64,000 bases of DNA from Candidatus Delongbacteria bacterium. Its GTDB lineage: Bacteria; CAIWAD01. The position numbers and the translations under genes are program-made. Positions within the stretch are counted from its first letter, which is position 1. Each line of letters begins with the position of its first letter. The DNA lies in assembly GCA_963663545.1 (NCBI GenBank), contig OY760505.1, positions 1,696,001 through 1,760,000 on the forward strand, in the 5' to 3' direction. A model generated the notes under the pieces. That model was not told the origin of the DNA. It saw only the letters and a program-made list of their open reading frames with translations, and ran no database searches. Of the stretch, positions 63,577 to 64,000 are shown one piece after another.

Positions 63577-63852
63577 CTAGATGCTTGAGCTGACCAGCAT
63601 CAGGCGTCCACTCAACTGATTCAGAATATTCTGCACATCACCCAGGGTGATCCTGTGCACGTTCACATTGTCCTCCCGCTCATGACGGGCGACGCGCGCC
63701 GTGTCTTCGCCGGGCTGCCAGGTGCTGACGAGATCATGCGGGCTAAGGCTGCGATGATGATGCATGGTAGCCTGGGCCGTCTCTTCGATGCCAATGCGCA
63801 CGATTGCACCCTGACTCTGCCTGGCGGTTCCGTGGGTCAGTCCGCTAAACAT
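63577..63852 (-). CDS. Small hypothetical protein (91 aa)
   Basis: RBS AGAAGGAG 7 nt before the ATG; MFSGLTHGTARQSQGAIVRIG... Confidence 0.5.
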   Translation of the reverse strand: MFSGLTHGTARQSQGAIVRIGIEETAQATMHHHRSLSPHDLVSTWQPGEDTARVARHEREDNVNVHRITLGDVQNILNQLSGRLMLVSSSI

Positions 63853-63865
63853 CGTACTACTCCTT

Positions 63866-64000
63866 CTATTGGGACGTTGGTGCCACGTCGTCGCACCGCG
63901 AAGGACCACACTCCCGGCAGCTTATGCTACCATCGGCTTCTTCTTCCAGCAGTGCGCCGCATTCCTGACACCGTTGCAGGGGATGGATAAATTCACAGTG
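63866..64000 (-). CDS. 3' end of a Zn-ribbon-containing protein (partial)
   Basis: Manual translation ...HCEFIHPLQRCQECGALLEEEADGSISCRECGPSRCDDVAPTSQ* contains two CxxC motifs. Not in the ORF track. Confidence 0.5.
   Translation of the reverse strand, partial: HCEFIHPLQRCQECGALLEEEADGSISCRECGPSRCDDVAPTSQ

Overview
About 57% GC bacterial chromosome segment. The 16S sequence (GCAGTGAGGAATATTG) and gene content suggest an anaerobic, deep-branching FCB-superphylum lineage (inference). Left to right: a defence island (partial DUF4231/SLATT-like gene, Zn-ribbon plus nucleoside-2-deoxyribosyltransferase-like gene, type I hsdS split by a complete IS3-family element, hsdM); two very large secreted modular proteins; a double-cubane-cluster protein with its ATP-dependent activase; a ZraSR/NtrC-like sigma54 two-component system with Spy-like targets; a TolC-MFP-RND operon with small accessory genes; MFS, crcB/DUF190, rmuC, a suf operon, an ADP-forming acyl-CoA ligase, an orphan flagellin, a porin, a complete rRNA operon (minus strand), an FAD oxidoreductase, an M42 peptidase, a GH13 enzyme, asnS and purC. 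Main unannotated signals: (1) the heptamer GTATCAC/GTGATAC (family GTRWYAC) occurs about 80 times by hand count versus about 6-8 expected, in both orientations and inside genes, but is nearly absent from the RM/IS island and the 45-56 kb rRNA region; (2) a probable 59-aa membrane selenoprotein (in-frame UGA plus hairpin) ending the RND operon; (3) two roughly 80-nt candidate sRNAs, each between a sigma54 promoter and an intrinsic terminator; (4) an NDT-like plus SLATT gene pair inside the RM locus; (5) an IS-split HsdS whose two halves may both be translated. All calls were made by eye; no searches were run.
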